Below are positions 28,719 to 39,724 of a DNA stretch of 64,000 bases, one piece after another. Origin of the DNA: Candidatus Hydrogenedentota bacterium. GTDB taxonomy: Bacteria > Hydrogenedentota > Hydrogenedentia > Hydrogenedentales > SLHB01. A program made the translations under genes and the position numbers. Position 1 is the first letter of the stretch, and each line of letters begins with the position of its first letter. The stretch spans positions 1 to 64,000 of the forward strand of contig BTVY01000002.1 of the NCBI GenBank assembly GCA_045863335.1, given 5' to 3'. Below the pieces are notes generated by a model. The model had not been told where the DNA came from, made no database searches, and saw only the letters and a list, made by a program, of their open reading frames with translations.

Positions 28719-29201
28719 CTATAGCTGTTCGATAGCGGCCAATACCTCGTCGGCGTGGCCGTCGGGTTTCACTTTGGGCCAGACCTTCGCAATCTTGCCC
28801 TCAGGACCAATCAAGAACGTCGCGCGTTGCACACCCCAGTACTTCTTGCCGTACATGTTTTTTTCGACCCAGACCCCGTATTTCTCCGCGACCTTGTGGT
28901 CCTCGTCAGCCAGCAGCGTGAATCCGAGGCCGTACTTCTCGGCAAACTTGCAGTGGGATTCAACCCCGTCGGGGCTGATCCCCAGCACTTCGGCCCCCGC
29001 CTTTACGAACTTTGGCAGGGCAGCCTGGAAACCCTTTGCTTCCACCGTGCACCCCGGGGTGTCGTCTTTCGGGTAGAAATAGACCACGACCGGCTTGCCG
29101 GAGAAATCGGAAAGCTTCACTTTTTTCCCGGCCTGCGACTTCAGGTCAATTGCCGGTGCCTTGGTGCCTTCAGCAGGCGCTTCAGTCAATTTTGGAGACA
29201 C
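28719..29201 (-). CDS. bcp: Thioredoxin-dependent peroxiredoxin Bcp
   Basis: YFYPKDDTPGCTVEA, GISPD, RATFLI; AAGGAG RBS before a GTG start. Confidence 0.95.
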   Translation of the reverse strand: MSPKLTEAPAEGTKAPAIDLKSQAGKKVKLSDFSGKPVVVYFYPKDDTPGCTVEAKGFQAALPKFVKAGAEVLGISPDGVESHCKFAEKYGLGFTLLADEDHKVAEKYGVWVEKNMYGKKYWGVQRATFLIGPEGKIAKVWPKVKPDGHADEVLAAIEQL

Positions 29202-29274
29202 GACAAACTCCTTATCTTAAACTCGATCTCCACCGCGTTGAGGTCGCCCTACGCGGCAAATCGACACCCATGCG

Positions 29275-29832
29275 TCATTTTTCCGCCCAGATCGCCTCGC
29301 GTAACTCGGTCATGGAGGGCAGTACTTCGTCGGTGTTTTTAAAGTGATCGTCAATCCATCCGCATACCGTTTCAATGACATCGCGGCGCCAACGTTCCAC
29401 CGGGCGAGCCAGTTCGTCGCGAAGATACTCGACGTCCCGGAGAAGACACTTCCGCCTTTCCCCATCGAGCGAGGAGAAATCCGCCTCCGCGACCAGGCGC
29501 TCCATGAGCAAGGGAACGCCCGCCATGGTCTCCTCCAATTCGCCGAGCGCCGGGGGAAAGCGAAGGTTGAATTCGAAGCGATTCTCCACCAAATCCATGC
29601 CATCCGCCGTGATTCGGGCGGCCGCGAACATGGGAGGATTGTAACCAATCATGAGTTCCACAAGCCCCCGATCGCTCAGGTAATGAATATTCGCAAGCAG
29701 ATCGCTGCGGTGGACAGTGCCGTCCTCAAGAACGTCTTCGGGCGCAAGCATTTCCAACGGATCGGCGAGGTATCGCTCGTACAGGATGGTCAAGATCCTG
29801 CGCCGGACGGATTTGGGATTACTCAGTTGCAT
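29275..29832 (-). CDS. Hypothetical protein with N-terminal winged-helix-like domain
   Basis: RRRILTILY...IHYLSDRGLV...ARITADGMDLVE pattern typical of wHTH wings; helical C-terminus. Confidence 0.75.
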   Translation of the reverse strand: MQLSNPKSVRRRILTILYERYLADPLEMLAPEDVLEDGTVHRSDLLANIHYLSDRGLVELMIGYNPPMFAAARITADGMDLVENRFEFNLRFPPALGELEETMAGVPLLMERLVAEADFSSLDGERRKCLLRDVEYLRDELARPVERWRRDVIETVCGWIDDHFKNTDEVLPSMTELREAIWAEK

Positions 29833-30159
29833 GCACCCAAAGTATAGCAGGGCGAATCCACTTTGCCAAAAGCAACAGGGGATTGCCGTTCACACGACTC
29901 GACCCCAAATGAATCATCGTGGAATAGACGATAGTGTGTGGGCAGTTTCCTAAATATTGAAAACATGATAATATTTTGAAACAATAGTACAAATCACGTG
30001 AAGCCACATGAACTTACGAATCAGGTGCCCGGTTGACTGACTGCCAGCGGGATGATACGATCCATTCGACCATCCCCACGCAAGTCTTGGTGTCGTGTAG
30101 TGCGTCGAGTGCCGCTGCGCAGTGTACTTTTGCCACGGGACTATAGAGGGAGTTTTAAC

Positions 30160-31086
30160 ATGCGAGTATTTGAAGACGCGAGTTTTAGCATCGGCAACAC
30201 TCCGCTGGTGAATTTGCATAACCTGGCCTCCGGTTTGAAGGCAAAAGTCTACGGCAAGGTCGAAGGGCGCAACCCGGCTTATTCGGTGAAATGCCGGATT
30301 GGCGCTGCCATGATTTGGGACGCCGAGCAGCGCGGTACGTTGAAGCCCGGCGGTACCATTGTGGAACCAACGTCCGGAAATACCGGGATTGCATTGGCCT
30401 TTGTCGCGGCCGCGCGGGGATACAAGCTGATCTTGACGATGCCGGAGACCATGAGCCTGGAACGCCGGCAGATGCTGAAAGCCTTTGGGGCGCAATTGGT
30501 CCTGACCCCGGGTGACAAGGGTATGCCAGGCGCTATCGCGCAGGCGGAAGAGATACTCCTCGAGCATCCGGAGTACTTCCTGCCGCAGCAATTCAACAAC
30601 CCGGCAAACCCGGAGATCCATTTCAAGACCACTGGGCCGGAGATCTGGAACGACACCGACGGCGGCATTGACGTGCTGGTATCGGGCGTTGGCACCGGCG
30701 GCACGATCTCGGGCGTCAGCCGCTACATCAAACAGGAAAAAGGCAAGGCCATCATCAGCGTCGCGGTTGAGCCGGAGAACTCACCGGTCCTTTCGGGCGG
30801 CTCGCCCGGGCCCCACAAAATCCAGGGCATCGGCGCCGGATTCAAACCGAACGTATTGGACATGAGCCTGGTGGACCGTGTGGAGCTGGTATCGAACGAA
30901 GAAGCATTCGATATCGCGCGCAGGCTTGCCCGTGAAGAAGGACTGATCTGCGGCATCAGTTGCGGCGCAGCTGCGTCGGTTGCCCTTCGACTGGCGGCCA
31001 TGGACGAATTCGACGGAAAGACAATCGTGGTGGTGTTGCCCGATTCGGGCGAACGATATCTGTCAACCCCCCTGTTTGAGGGATAA
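30160..31086 (+). CDS. cysK: Cysteine synthase A
   Basis: [16 protein letters not shown] (PLP lysine), [33 protein letters not shown]. Confidence 0.96.
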   Translation: MRVFEDASFSIGNTPLVNLHNLASGLKAKVYGKVEGRNPAYSVKCRIGAAMIWDAEQRGTLKPGGTIVEPTSGNTGIALAFVAAARGYKLILTMPETMSLERRQMLKAFGAQLVLTPGDKGMPGAIAQAEEILLEHPEYFLPQQFNNPANPEIHFKTTGPEIWNDTDGGIDVLVSGVGTGGTISGVSRYIKQEKGKAIISVAVEPENSPVLSGGSPGPHKIQGIGAGFKPNVLDMSLVDRVELVSNEEAFDIARRLAREEGLICGISCGAAASVALRLAAMDEFDGKTIVVVLPDSGERYLSTPLFEG

Positions 31087-32406
<1,320 letters not shown>

Positions 32407-32416
32407 GCGGTATCCT

Positions 32417-32455
32417 ATCCGGCGCGCGGCCAGTGAGTCGTGCGCCGGATTTTTT
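32417..32455 (+). terminator. Intrinsic terminator-like hairpin between metY and metX
   Basis: ATCCGGCGCGCG / CGTGCGCCGGAT stem followed by a T-run. Confidence 0.75.
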
Positions 32456-32476
32456 GTGTCAGCGGGGATCATCGAA

Positions 32477-34294
32477 ATGGCTGAAGAAGATTCTGTCGGC
32501 ACCGTTCAAACGCAGCACTACACCTTTGCGGAAACGCCGAATGAACTCGAATTGGATTGCGGGCGCAAGTTGGGTCCGATTACGCTGGCCTATGAAACCT
32601 ATGGCTCTCTGAACGCGGACAAGTCCAACGCGGTGCTGATCGTGCACGCCCTCTCCGGCGATGCCCACGCCGCCGGCATTCACAGTAAGACCGATCGCAA
32701 GCCCGGCTGGTGGGACAACATGATTGGCCCCGGCAAAGGCTTCGATACCGACAAGTACTTTGTCATCTGCTCCAACGTGATCGGCGGGTGCCAGGGTTCG
32801 ACAGGACCGTCATCCATCAATCCCGCGACCGGGAAGCCGTACGGATTGAGTTTCCCCATCATTACCATCGGCGACATGGTCCGCGCGCAACGGCAACTTA
32901 TCGAACATCTCGGCATCGCGAAGCTCCTCTGCGTTGCGGGGGGTTCTATGGGCGGCATGCAGACGCTGGAATGGATGACGCGGTATCCGGAGATGTTGCA
33001 GTCCGCCATCGTCATCGCATCGGCGCCGCTGTTGAGCGCGCAGGGGATCGCATTCGATGCCGTGGGCCGGCATGCCATTCAGGCAGATCCCTCGTTTCAC
33101 AACGGCGACTACTACGAGACGGGCGAGCAGCCCGTGCAGGGCCTCTCCATTGCGCGCATGCTCGCGCACATCACGTATCTGTCGGACGAATCCATGCGGA
33201 TCAGGTTCGGCCGCGCCCTGCGCAGCGAGAGCGAATATCGTTATGATTTCAGCAGCGAGTTTTCCGTGGAGACCTACCTGGACTACCAGGGCGAGCAGTT
33301 CGTGAACCGGTTCGACGCGAACAGCTATCTCTACATCACGAAGGCCATCAATTACTACGATGTGGCGGCACCCTACGGATCGCTGGACAATGCCATGGCC
33401 AGGACACGTGGCAAGACGATGGTCTTGTCGTACTCGTCGGACTGGCTCTATCCGCCGTATCAGTCGCAGGAGATTGTGAATGCGTTGACGCGTCAGCGGA
33501 AGGATGTGACCTACTGCAACATCCAGTCCGACTACGGGCACGATGCGTTTCTGCTGGAAGTGGACGTGATGAAAAAGATCATTGGCGGCTACTTGCAGCA
33601 CGTGCGGCATGAGGATCGGACGACGCGCGGAATCGCTCACGAGGTGGATTCCGAAGCGGAGTTCGGGCCGCCCTCAAGTGCGTCGCAGAGCATTTACGAA
33701 GGGCACCGCGTCGACTACGAGATGATCGTGGACCTCGTCGACGAGGGCAGCCGCGTGCTGGACATTGGCTGCGGCGACGGCGAATTGCTGGATCAATTGA
33801 TCGAGCGCAAGGGCGTCGACGGCGCGGGTATCGAACTGGCCCAGGGCAACATCGTGAGCTGCGTGCGGCGCGGAATCTCCGTGGTGCAGGCGGATATCGA
33901 TAAGGGTTTGCCCACGATTCCGGACCAGAGCTATGACTACGTCATCCTGAGCATGACCTTGCAGGTCATCAAGAAACCGGACTACGTGCTTCAGGAAATG
34001 CTGCGCGTCGGGAAGAAGTGCATCGTCAGCTTTCCGAATTTCGGGTTCTGGAAGGTGCGCGCGAAGACGTTCGCCCTCGGGCGCGCGCCGGTGACGCGGA
34101 ACCTGCCCTACGCGTGGTGGGTCAGCCCCAACCGGCACGTGCTTTCGATCAAGGACTTCCGCGAGTACTGCGCGGAGCGGAGCATCCATATCGAACGGGA
34201 ACTACCCCTGAATCGAAAAGGCCTGGTGTGGACGGCGCGCATGTGGCCGAACATGCTGGCGGACGAGGCGGTATTCGTGATCGCGAAGCGGTAG
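32477..34294 (+). CDS. metX: Homoserine O-acetyltransferase MetX fused to a C-terminal MetW methyltransferase-like domain
   Basis: HALSGD, GGSMGG, RFDANSY, GHDAFL (MetX) continuing in frame into VLDIGCGDG, SFPNFG, LPYAWW (MetW). Confidence 0.93.
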   Translation: MAEEDSVGTVQTQHYTFAETPNELELDCGRKLGPITLAYETYGSLNADKSNAVLIVHALSGDAHAAGIHSKTDRKPGWWDNMIGPGKGFDTDKYFVICSNVIGGCQGSTGPSSINPATGKPYGLSFPIITIGDMVRAQRQLIEHLGIAKLLCVAGGSMGGMQTLEWMTRYPEMLQSAIVIASAPLLSAQGIAFDAVGRHAIQADPSFHNGDYYETGEQPVQGLSIARMLAHITYLSDESMRIRFGRALRSESEYRYDFSSEFSVETYLDYQGEQFVNRFDANSYLYITKAINYYDVAAPYGSLDNAMARTRGKTMVLSYSSDWLYPPYQSQEIVNALTRQRKDVTYCNIQSDYGHDAFLLEVDVMKKIIGGYLQHVRHEDRTTRGIAHEVDSEAEFGPPSSASQSIYEGHRVDYEMIVDLVDEGSRVLDIGCGDGELLDQLIERKGVDGAGIELAQGNIVSCVRRGISVVQADIDKGLPTIPDQSYDYVILSMTLQVIKKPDYVLQEMLRVGKKCIVSFPNFGFWKVRAKTFALGRAPVTRNLPYAWWVSPNRHVLSIKDFREYCAERSIHIERELPLNRKGLVWTARMWPNMLADEAVFVIAKR

Positions 34295-34367
34295 GGGTAG
34301 GTTGGAGCGCGGGATCTATGCGGATTCCGGCGTTCCGGACCAGCGTCGTCGCGAACGGACTGCCCTC

Positions 34368-34458
34368 GTCGCTATCGCTATCGGTATCGGGATCGGTATC
34401 GAAGGATAGCGCGCAGGATAATTTCGATACCGATACCGATCGCGATACCGATAGCGAT
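34368..34458. repeat. Inverted arrays of degenerate hexamer repeats
   Basis: (TATCGC/TATCGG)n on the left and (CGATAC/CGATAG)n on the right of a short spacer, able to form a long imperfect hairpin. Confidence 0.75.
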
Positions 34459-34541
34459 TTTTAGAACGATGCAACTAGGATCGATAGTGGCGAGGGTAGG
34501 GTACTCGCCACGGGACAATTGACCTAACAAGGGAGAAATCG

Positions 34542-35432
34542 ATGAAGGGGATCATTCTCGCAGGCGGATCGGGCACACGGCTGCATCCGCTCACGCTGGC
34601 GGTCAGCAAACAGCTCATGCCCATCTTCGACAAGCCCATGATCTACTACCCCCTGTCGACCTTGATCATGACGGGTATTCGCGAGATCCTCATCATCTCG
34701 ACGCCCCACGATCTGCCGTTGTTCAAGAACCTCCTGGGCGACGGAAAACGGATCGGCTGTTCGTTGTCCTACGCGGAACAGGCGGTCCCGAACGGTCTCG
34801 CGCAGGCCTTCGTCATCGGCGCGGATTTCGTCGGTGACGACAACGCGGCGTTGGTCCTGGGCGACAACATCTTCTACGGGTCCGGGTTCCACGACATCCT
34901 GCAGAGCCACAAAGACCCGGACGGCGGCGTCGTCTTCGCATACCACGTGTCCGACCCGGAGCGTTACGGCGTTGTGGAATTCGATGACGGCAACAAGGCG
35001 ATCTCCATCGAAGAAAAGCCCGCGAAACCCAAATCAAACTATGCCGTACCGGGCCTCTACTTCTACGACAACGAGGTCATCGACATCGCCAAGAACTTGA
35101 AGCCCAGCGCCCGCGGCGAATACGAGATCACGGACGTAAACAAGGAATATCTCCGCCGCGGCAAGCTGAAGGTGGCCATCCTCGACCGCGGCACCGCCTG
35201 GCTCGACACAGGGACCTTCGACTCCCTCATGCAGGCCAGTCAGTTCGTCCAAGTCATCGAAGAACGGCAAGGCCTCAAGATCGGCTGCATCGAAGAAGCC
35301 GCCTACCGCATGGGATTCATCTCCGCCGACGAGCTCCGCGCTCTCGCCGACCCCCTGCTGAAAAGCGGCTACGGAAATTATCTGGTCAGTTTGTTAGACG
35401 ACGGTGCTCCCGGCGGCAAGACCGCGAGTTGA
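34542..35432 (+). CDS. rfbA: Glucose-1-phosphate thymidylyltransferase
   Basis: [44 protein letters not shown]. Confidence 0.96.
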   Translation: MKGIILAGGSGTRLHPLTLAVSKQLMPIFDKPMIYYPLSTLIMTGIREILIISTPHDLPLFKNLLGDGKRIGCSLSYAEQAVPNGLAQAFVIGADFVGDDNAALVLGDNIFYGSGFHDILQSHKDPDGGVVFAYHVSDPERYGVVEFDDGNKAISIEEKPAKPKSNYAVPGLYFYDNEVIDIAKNLKPSARGEYEITDVNKEYLRRGKLKVAILDRGTAWLDTGTFDSLMQASQFVQVIEERQGLKIGCIEEAAYRMGFISADELRALADPLLKSGYGNYLVSLLDDGAPGGKTAS

Positions 35433-35458
35433 TCGCACGCGGCAAAATTTCGTATAGT
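35429..35458 (+). promoter_or_regulatory. Putative sigma70 promoter for the tRNA
   Basis: TTGATC (35429-35434), 18-bp spacer, TATAGT (35453-35458), 12 nt before the tRNA 5' end. Confidence 0.6.
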
Positions 35459-35470
35459 ATGTTGTTCCAT

Positions 35471-35557
35471 GCGCGGGTGGTGGAATTGGCAGACACGCTA
35501 GACTAAGGATCTAGTGCCCGATAGGGCTTGCGGGTTCAAGTCCCGCCTCGCGCACCA
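35471..35557 (+). tRNA. tRNA-Leu with anticodon AAG
   Basis: Acceptor GCGCGGG/CTCGCGC, discriminator A, encoded CCA; D-loop GG; anticodon stem CTAGA/TCTAG with loop CT-AAG-GA (anticodon 35505-35507); long variable arm; T-arm GCGGG-TTCAAGT-CCCGC. Confidence 0.95.
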
Positions 35558-35570
35558 CAGTCTATTCGAG

Positions 35571-35599
35571 GGCGGCTCTCGTTGCAGAGTCGCCTTTTT
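35571..35599 (+). terminator. Intrinsic terminator after tRNA-Leu
   Basis: GGCGGCTCT / AGAGTCGCC stem followed by TTTTT. Confidence 0.8.
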
Positions 35600-35628
35600 C
35601 TATGCACGGCAACAATCAGGAGAGGGCA

Positions 35629-36021
35629 ATGAAGCGGGAAAACATCTCGTCGGGGTCGAAGTGGGAACCGGTCATCGGGTATTCGCGGGCGGTGCGGATT
35701 GGGTCGATGGTGCATGTGTCGGGCACGACCGGCGCAGGCGCGGACGGCAAACTCGTCGGCATTGGCGACCCCTATGCGCAGACGTTCCAATGCCTGAAGA
35801 ACATCGAGACGGCGTTGACCCGGGCGGGCGCAAAACTGGGTGACGTGTACCGCACGCGGATGTACCTCGCCAATATCGAGCAGTGGGAAGAGGTCGGCCG
35901 CGCCCATGGCGAGTTCTTCGGTCAAGTTCTGCCCGCGACGACCATGGTCGAAGTCAGCAAACTCATCGACCCGGACATGCTGGTCGAGATCGAAGCGGAA
36001 GCCTACGTCTCGGGCGACTAG
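35629..36021 (+). CDS. RidA/YjgF/UK114 family protein
   Basis: [42 protein letters not shown]. Confidence 0.92.
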   Translation: MKRENISSGSKWEPVIGYSRAVRIGSMVHVSGTTGAGADGKLVGIGDPYAQTFQCLKNIETALTRAGAKLGDVYRTRMYLANIEQWEEVGRAHGEFFGQVLPATTMVEVSKLIDPDMLVEIEAEAYVSGD

Positions 36022-36029
36022 AGCCGAAA

Positions 36030-36250
36030 AACATCCCCCTTGCCCCCTTCAAAGGGGAAATCGTGCTCGGCTCTGGTTATTGGTATATGCGTATGAGACG
36101 TTTCGTATCCGAGTCATCGTTCACCCATGACGCAACGCGCCGCGTTGCGTGAAGACAAGCGAGAAGTCGCGTTCGGAGCGGATAGCGCTGACTAAGGCGA
36201 TGGATGTAGTCGCACTCCACTCCCCCTTTGAAGGGGGCAAGGGGGATGTT
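36030..36250. repeat. REP-like inverted doublet (family C)
   Basis: Exact 28-bp inverted repeat AACATCCCCCTTGCCCCCTTCAAAGGGG at 36030-36057 and 36223-36250; internal hairpin at 36130-36150. Confidence 0.88.
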
Positions 36251-36292
36251 CTTGAATCCAGGCCGGTGTTACTTGTCTGTAGGCGAACGACC

Positions 36293-36327
36293 CCAGCCTC
36301 CAGCCTCCGGTCTCCAGCCTGCAGACT
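36293..36327. repeat. Short degenerate heptamer tandem repeat
   Basis: CCAGCCT CCAGCCT CCGGTCT CCAGCCT GCAGACT. Confidence 0.55.
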
Positions 36328-37294
36328 ATCTCTCACTGCAACTGGCGCCGTGGGCGAAGCAGGCGAAACAGCGGTGGTGACGCAGCATGACGCGGACGTC
36401 CATGCTCTCCGCCAGCGATCCGCCTAAGTCGTAGTCGTCGTCATCGTCGACGAGCGTGCAGGCGTAAACCCGCATCCGCCCGTCTTTCTTGACGACCATC
36501 TTGCTGAAGTTGCACATGAAGGCCGCGCGGCTTTCCGCGGTGTGGTAGGTGGTCATGCAGTTCTCGGTGATTTCGGGAACGCCGCTGGGGTGGCTGCACG
36601 GCGGCTGAAAGTCGGGAAAGACGACGATGTGCGTGTCCTCCGGTACGCCCGCCTTCTCGAAGACCGGCGCATAGGCCGCGTCCGCCGTAGCACGTTCTTC
36701 GCCTGCCGCGCCAAGCCGCGCGATGGACACGTCAAACCCGGCGCGGTGAAGCATGCCGAGCGTATCCACGGCCAACTCGAAATTCCCTCTCCCCCGCCCT
36801 TCGTCGTGCCGTTCGGCGTCCGGGTAATCCAGGCTGATTCGGAACCGCAGGCGATGGGGCCGTTCGATGAGCGGCAGCGCCTCGTCGAATCGTTGCCGCA
36901 ACGGTTTCGTGCCATTGGTCAGCACGAGACAAGGCCGGTGCTGCAAGGCGTAACCGAGAATGCGGAAGATATCGCGGTTCACAAACGGTTCCCCGCCGGT
37001 GAACGAGAATTTTTCCACCCCCAAGTCCAGCGCCTCGTCCACAAACGGCTTCACATCATCAAAGGTTACCAGTTGCAATCGGTGGTCCCCGGGGTGCGAA
37101 CCTTCCAGACAAAAGGGACAGCGTAGGTTGCAGTTCGTCCCCGTATGAAACCAGAGTTCAGAGAGCGCCGCAGGCTGAATGTAGCCGCGCGGCGCACCTT
37201 CAGACGTGAGAAGCCAGTCCGGGTCGTCCCGCAGGTGCCGCCATGACGCCTGCGGCGCCTTTGTTGCGTGATTGATCTGCAATGAATACTCCAT
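36326..37294 (-). CDS. Radical SAM protein with additional C-terminal cysteines; start codon uncertain
   Basis: CNLRCPFC, FTGGEP, LTNG, ISLD; C-terminal ITENC, FMC, ACTLVDDD, HHRCFACF..GASC. Confidence 0.9.
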   Translation of the reverse strand: MEYSLQINHATKAPQASWRHLRDDPDWLLTSEGAPRGYIQPAALSELWFHTGTNCNLRCPFCLEGSHPGDHRLQLVTFDDVKPFVDEALDLGVEKFSFTGGEPFVNRDIFRILGYALQHRPCLVLTNGTKPLRQRFDEALPLIERPHRLRFRISLDYPDAERHDEGRGRGNFELAVDTLGMLHRAGFDVSIARLGAAGEERATADAAYAPVFEKAGVPEDTHIVVFPDFQPPCSHPSGVPEITENCMTTYHTAESRAAFMCNFSKMVVKKDGRMRVYACTLVDDDDDYDLGGSLAESMDVRVMLRHHRCFACFAHGASCSER

Positions 37295-37445
37295 GCGTGC
37301 AAGTAAGAGAAGGTCAACCGATGATGATGCTTCGGCACGTAGTCTACCATGACTTCGCAGGTGGGCTGGAACGCGAAGTACCCCAAGCCGGCCATGCGAA
37401 ACTGCTCGCCACACTACATGTATCCACGCCATGACCGATCTTCAG

Positions 37446-38582
37446 TCAACCCCACCCCCGCGTTAGCCGCGCCATGGTTTTGTAATTGGCCATCGTTCGG
37501 GCCGTGATCTCGCGGCCGTAGGGGCAGGAGGTCGGCGTGAGGACGAAGCCGCGGCCTTCGCCGTGGGTACCGTCGCGGAGGGCTTGCGTAACAACCTTCT
37601 CGAAGTCGCGGGGTTCGAGGTTTTCGATGTCGCTGACTTCGATGTTGCCGAAGAGCACGAGGTCCTGGCCGAATTCGCGGCGCACGTCGGCGAGTTGGAC
37701 GTCGCCCTGCGGCGGCGGTTCGATAGGGTCGGTCGCGTCGGCGCCCATTTCGATAAAGTAGGGCAGCACGCTCTTGATGCGGCCGTGGCAGTGGAGCCGC
37801 GGGTATCCGCCGTGCTGATTGATGGCATCGAGCATGGGTTTCGTATAGCGGACGACGTACTCTTCGAACAACGGCGTCGGCAGATAAGGCTCCGTTGCGT
37901 ACTCGGGACCATAGATGCGCCAGAGGTGTCCCGGCGCCTCCCGCGCGACGGTTTCGGTGCGGGCATGCAGAGGACGCGCGATCTTCTCCAGGAGTTGGTG
38001 AAACAACACGCCTTCTGTGTAGGCGATCAGCGTGAACGTATCCATGGAGAAGAGCTGGGCCGCGACGCAGATGGGGTCCTCCGTGTCGAGCATAACGATG
38101 CCCCGATCGCCGACCTCCTCATCGGCAGTCGCGAAAGGGGACAAGTCCGGTTCGGCGTCAAACACGTCATCGGGCACTTGCAGATACGCTTTCAGATCGT
38201 CCACATCCTTCAACAGATGCTCGACCATCCACGTCGTGTCGAGTCCCTGATCGCGTCGGTCGGTCTGCGTCAAGGTGCGCCCGCCGATGCGCAACGTCGT
38301 ACGCGTGAACCGCGCGTCGTCCTCGAAGGTGACTTCGCGGGCGAAGAACTCGTGCCAGGGATGGTCGTCGGGCCGCAGCCAACGTACCGGCCGCATGCGG
38401 ATGATATCGGTCTGTTCTTCCGCAAGCTGGAGCAGCGGCTGCCACGACGGATGATTGTAGATATTGAACGGATCCGGGTCCGACGCGTCGATGTTGAATC
38501 CGCCGATCTCATAGAAGTTGATGCCCGGCCGGTCCACCGGCCGCCGCTCTAACATCGCCATCAACCGCTCGCGCGATGTCAT
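37446..38582 (-). CDS. URO-D/methyltransferase superfamily protein (non-HemE paralogue)
   Basis: MTSRERL..DRP N-terminus, LHCHG metal motif, DPIEPPPQGD, LFGNI, GFVL; GGAAAGG RBS. Confidence 0.85.
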   Translation of the reverse strand: MTSRERLMAMLERRPVDRPGINFYEIGGFNIDASDPDPFNIYNHPSWQPLLQLAEEQTDIIRMRPVRWLRPDDHPWHEFFAREVTFEDDARFTRTTLRIGGRTLTQTDRRDQGLDTTWMVEHLLKDVDDLKAYLQVPDDVFDAEPDLSPFATADEEVGDRGIVMLDTEDPICVAAQLFSMDTFTLIAYTEGVLFHQLLEKIARPLHARTETVAREAPGHLWRIYGPEYATEPYLPTPLFEEYVVRYTKPMLDAINQHGGYPRLHCHGRIKSVLPYFIEMGADATDPIEPPPQGDVQLADVRREFGQDLVLFGNIEVSDIENLEPRDFEKVVTQALRDGTHGEGRGFVLTPTSCPYGREITARTMANYKTMARLTRGWG

Positions 38583-38776
38583 CCTTTCCCCTCCCCCGTC
38601 GTATTCGCGAATTAGAATCAAACCGGGCGAGACGCCCGTTCTCCTTTCCATCAACCGCGAGCAAGTAGCCTCTTAGAACGTATAGGAAAAGGTGGTCGAC
38701 GCGCGCCAATCTAGCGAGTCACTTTTCGCGGTGGAGATGTCTCGATTGCACAGTTCTTGCAGCACGTTCCCCCTTC

Positions 38777-38802
38777 GTGCAGGCTGGAAGCCCGTACCAC
38801 AA
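38777..38802. repeat. REP-like palindrome (family F)
   Basis: GTGCAGGCTGGAAGCCCGTACCACAA, an inverted relative of 24122-24145 and 42498-42522. Confidence 0.6.
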
Positions 38803-38851
38803 AAAGTCCAGCCCGCTCTCTTCAAACACGCTCATAAGTCGCGCTCCGGCA

Positions 38852-39724
38852 TCAGCCCAACTCGAAGGTGGTGACGCCGAAGATGCGGTCGTGTGCGAGG
38901 TCGGGCGGCGGCCCGAGATACATCCGTGCGCAGCCGAAGACCTCGACCATCTTGTGCCGGTGCACGAATTCGATTGCCGCGGGGTTGTTCTCGGGCGCGT
39001 CCAGGAACAGCGGTCCGCCCTCAGCGAAGGGCGACAACCGCGCGACCAGGGCTTCCGCCACTGCGGCATCGTCTACGAAGAGCGGGCCTATCTTGCACCC
39101 GATCCGGCAACGCCGCACCACGCCGAATCCCGCCAGCCTGCCGTCGCGCCGGCACCCCAGGGCGAGCGATTCGGGCAGGGCCAGCCACTGTTTCAAAAAG
39201 ACCGGACGCGGCGCGGGAAAACAGGTGCGGTCGTACTCGAAAACTTGGTCAAAGGGAATCTCGTTCAGCGGAACAATGTCCTCGTCATCACCCGGCGCCG
39301 GTTCCGGCCGCTCCGGGATTCCGGCTTGAAAACGCATGTTGCGGTGGGAGAAGACGAACCCGCCTTTCGCGTAGTAGTCCTGCATGTTGAAGACGCCGTC
39401 CATGCCGACGCTCGCGCCGGGCCGCAGTCGCGCGAGGAGGCGTTCCCGCCGCGCGTGCCAAAGCGTGTTGCCGAGCCCGCGTCCACGAAACTCGGGCCGC
39501 ATGATGAAGAACCCCATGAACCCGAATTCGCCGTTGTAGGACGTAATGGCCCCTCCGCCGATCATCTCGCCGTCCAGTTCCGACGCCACGAACGCCTCGG
39601 GATCGGTCGCCCAGAATACGTCGGCGTCGTGCAGGCCGGGGTTCCATCCCTCCTGCGCCGCCCAACGGACCAGTTCGTCGACCTCCGCGCGGGTCATGTT
39701 GCGGATGATCGGGGTGTTGGACAA
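38852..39724 (-). CDS. Tandem GNAT acetyltransferase (YitH/HolE-like)
   Basis: GAGGAG RBS before a TTG start; [44 protein letters not shown]. Confidence 0.88.
   Translation of the reverse strand: MSNTPIIRNMTRAEVDELVRWAAQEGWNPGLHDADVFWATDPEAFVASELDGEMIGGGAITSYNGEFGFMGFFIMRPEFRGRGLGNTLWHARRERLLARLRPGASVGMDGVFNMQDYYAKGGFVFSHRNMRFQAGIPERPEPAPGDDEDIVPLNEIPFDQVFEYDRTCFPAPRPVFLKQWLALPESLALGCRRDGRLAGFGVVRRCRIGCKIGPLFVDDAAVAEALVARLSPFAEGGPLFLDAPENNPAAIEFVHRHKMVEVFGCARMYLGPPPDLAHDRIFGVTTFELG

Noticed and set aside
29833-30159. SAM or T-box riboswitch upstream of cysK-metY-metX
   Set aside because: No SAM-I core (ATC..GAG, GCAACC, GTGC in the right order) or T-box motif and no terminator hairpin recognisable; a Rfam scan would be decisive.
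37352-37379. preQ1-I-like hairpin upstream of the radical SAM gene (minus strand ACTTCGC-GTTCCAGCCCACCT-GCGAAGT)
   Set aside because: The loop superficially resembles preQ1-I, but the required A-rich 3' tail and pseudoknot pairing are absent.
37446-38582. Second hemE
   Set aside because: It lacks the RQAGR motif and has an HxC-type metal motif, so it is a URO-D/methyltransferase-superfamily paralogue.
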